Positions 61,600-64,000 of a stretch of DNA of 64,000 nt are shown here, in pieces. Position 1 is the stretch's first letter, and each line of letters begins with the position of its first letter. The notes under the pieces are model-generated. The model did no database searches and was not told where the DNA came from. It saw only the letters and a program-made list of their open reading frames with translations. The stretch is from Eutreptiella sp. 'Long Island Sound 2002' (taxonomy: Eukaryota; Protista; Euglenida), in assembly GCA_964036045.1 (NCBI GenBank), contig OZ038378.1, forward strand, positions 1,302,001-1,366,000. Reading direction: 5' to 3'. A program made the position numbers and the translations under genes.

Positions 61600-62661
61600 A
61601 ATCCTGCGCCTCCAATTCACCCCCCAACGGGCCGACGTTATGTGGGCCATGTTTGATTGCTCCGTGCCTCCAGAGCCTTTGGGATGGCAAAGGCTATGAA
61701 GCCATTTTCAATTGTGCCCCCATTTCGGGTACCCCCAATCCTGCGAGGGTAATGTAGACATTTTGTCCCGATGTGGCACCCTAAGATGGAAGGGGTTTTG
61801 TAGCAATGTTGTTCCAAACGTCCCTACTACTGTGCTGCATGTTGCAGAACACCGCTTTTAATGACATGAGCATATGGTGTATTTCTCGACTCAAGGATCG
61901 TATGACATTCGGATGGTTAGCTCTTGATTTGCCATTGGATCGGATTGGAGGGGGCGAGTATTGGGTGAAGGCACAATGCCGTCTAAGGCACTGCTTACTC
62001 AATAAGGCTTGACATTACCAAGTTTGGGAGTACAAAGACAGGGCCGAAGGGCTGCTCTTGCCATGAAAGGCAAAACAGGTTTGGCACTATGAAAGGAAGG
62101 GCCGAGCACGCGGAATCATTCACCCCCAAAGGGTCAAATACCCGCTATAATGTTACAAGAAGACACACATTGTAGCAAATGAGGCTGGAAGAAGCCATGT
62201 GTTCATGAAATCAAGTAATATTTTTGTGGATTATGTCAAGCGGCATCACACAACGGCAAGGTTTAGAGCATGATTCATTCAAGTGTACTTAGGGGAGAGT
62301 ATATTTTCCCAATACCTCAAAGTGCCAGGTCCCGAATCCTCTTTTTCATCTTCCGGGATCTCCTGAAGTGTTTGTCTGGACTCGCACAACACATGCACAT
62401 ATATTATTTGAACCAATTAGATATTTTGCGCTGCCCGGCGGTAGGGAGCGGCCTTCGAGGAATGGATCCACCAGGGGCTTTCGTGATCCACGCACCATAC
62501 CACGGCTCAAGGAGAAAATAGTTCACCCGAGAGCAAGCTCGGGATGCCATTCATGAAAGTGACAGGGAGGGCCATAGGCGGGTAAAGAGCAAGAAGCTTG
62601 AGGTAGAAGTTGAGCCGAAAGCACCCACTCGTAACCTTCAAGATGTTTTTTGAATGCTTGG

Positions 62662-64000
62662 TCTCTCCGTATCCTACGACTCACTCCTTTAGAAAGGAGA
62701 TTCCTATACACCTCGTTACTCTCAGGACTGAGGAGGCTAGCTACTACTTCCTCATCTCTCCCCACAAATGCCGCAGCGTGCCGCCTCCACCCAGGTGGAA
62801 GCCAAGGACTTATCGGGGTAGCCGATAGGGGAGCCCCAACCCCTCGGTCCCGAGCATGGGAGCACCTACTCTCGCTTCGCTTGCCGGCAGACTTGAGGAC
62901 AAAGGACCCCATGATATCCGTAAATCACGGGGACGAAACTAACCGTATGTCACGGAGTTTGTCCGGCTCCACTTCATACATACTTCGGTTCCAATTTATC
63001 ATGGGTAAGATATCATTCGCATCCAATCCTGACTCTCTAGTTGGGGTACCAGCCTCCTGGTACGCTGCAGGCATTGCCGCGCTTGCCGGTGAAACGTTGA
63101 TCACGGGCAGATCTCGCGTGAAAATTTTCCGTCCTGGTTTCACTCCGCGCATATTGACGGTCCAGGGGAGCAGCCCTCCTCCACCCAGACTTGCCGGTGT
63201 TCCTAGCCACCGGATGATCTCCTCGTTCGACTGTCCCGAAGAACCGGACAAACTCCTCACCATGTGGGTGGCCAAGCTGGTAGTCGCGTAACGACAAGAT
63301 GCTTTGACCCACAGGCTTAACGTCGCACGAAGAGAGTTCTCTGCAAGCATTGGATCGTTTCTAAGAGGATTCCGAACCAGTAATGTCGGCGTCGTACGTG
63401 CAAGATAACCCGTCACACCTTTTTCTGTGTACACTAAGCGTAGGTACTCATCCCTCACTCTACTCACGAAGAATTTAGCTGGGTTGACAACGAAGTTCAA
63501 CAACTTGTAGGCTATGACGACGGCTATTCCCAACCACGGGTCGCTGACCCTGGTCCTATGGTCATCACTTTGTGCTGTCAAGTAATCGAACACCGTGAGC
63601 CTACGCCCAACCCTCCTAACACACTCTGAGACTGCGGTTGCAATACCTATGTTGGCAATGGTGTCTATCAACGCCGTCCAGCGCCAACCCGACACGACTC
63701 CCTTCTCTATCAAAACCTTTGACACACTACCGTCATTCATCCGTAGGTGCACGTAGCCCTTCTCACTTATCAATATTCTATATATCCCAGCCATCACCAC
63801 CAACATATCGTATTGCACACTGTGTGGTGCCCTATCTACTATCAAGTTCGTGATCTCATCTAACACTATGGGTATCATTCCCTTGCTTACGTTGTGATCC
63901 AACCGAGACTGATCGACATGTATCTTCACATTTCTTGCACTACACGCACCCACAGCTTCATGACGTTCTTGGACTTGTTGACATCAAGAGGATACACATA
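62662..64000 (-). pseudogene. Toti-like RdRP EVE fragment, tandem unit (ORF 62925-63953), cut by the window end
   Basis: Near-identical copy 2548 bp after the previous one. Confidence 0.92.

Larger units (their letters stand above)
48994..64000. repeat. Young tandem array of a 2548-bp chimeric unit (about 1.06 kb host repeat + about 1.49 kb viral RdRP), with one 4960-bp long unit at 51544-56503
   Basis: Identical ORFs recur at 50321, 52869, 57829, 60377 and 62925 (spacings 2548, 4960, 2548, 2548). Only a few SNPs are visible between units. Confidence 0.97.

Noticed and set aside
48994-64000. CRISPR array interpretation
   Set aside because: The repeats are about 1 kb, the inserts are the same fragment repeated rather than unique spacers, there are no cas genes, and the context is eukaryotic. 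Only a loose architectural analogy is kept, as a finding.

Overview
Repeat-rich eukaryotic genomic DNA (spliceosomal GT-AG introns, about 50% GC by eye, many poly-C/G runs); the host cannot be named from the sequence. About 1-29 kb holds decayed transposon relics, MITE-like elements, microsatellites, a near-perfect 1.3-kb tandem duplication and scattered exons of an AlkB-family 2OG-Fe(II) dioxygenase gene (last exon 22799-23053). About 29-64 kb is a head-to-tail, single-orientation array of a roughly 1.7-2.9-kb host repeat that gets younger from left to right and has captured foreign DNA several times. The main result is an endogenised dsRNA-virus sequence: a toti-like (Ghabrivirales, Giardiavirus/PMCV-like) RdRP on the minus strand. 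One long copy plus an internal duplicate lies at 52606-56503. A 1.49-kb RdRP core has been amplified together with 1.06 kb of host repeat as a 2548-bp tandem unit (at least 4 further copies; the array runs off the window end). All copies share the same stops, frameshifts and SDD motif C, so amplification followed decay. The junctions show microhomology, an in-place inversion and a templated patch. Two further orphan inserts (277 and 447 bp) and a 1.19-kb insertion with a 19-bp TSD sit in the same array. My inference is that the locus is a capture-and-amplify trap for foreign (RNA-derived) sequence, possibly a source of antiviral antisense small RNA. No database searches were run; family assignments rest on recognised motifs.
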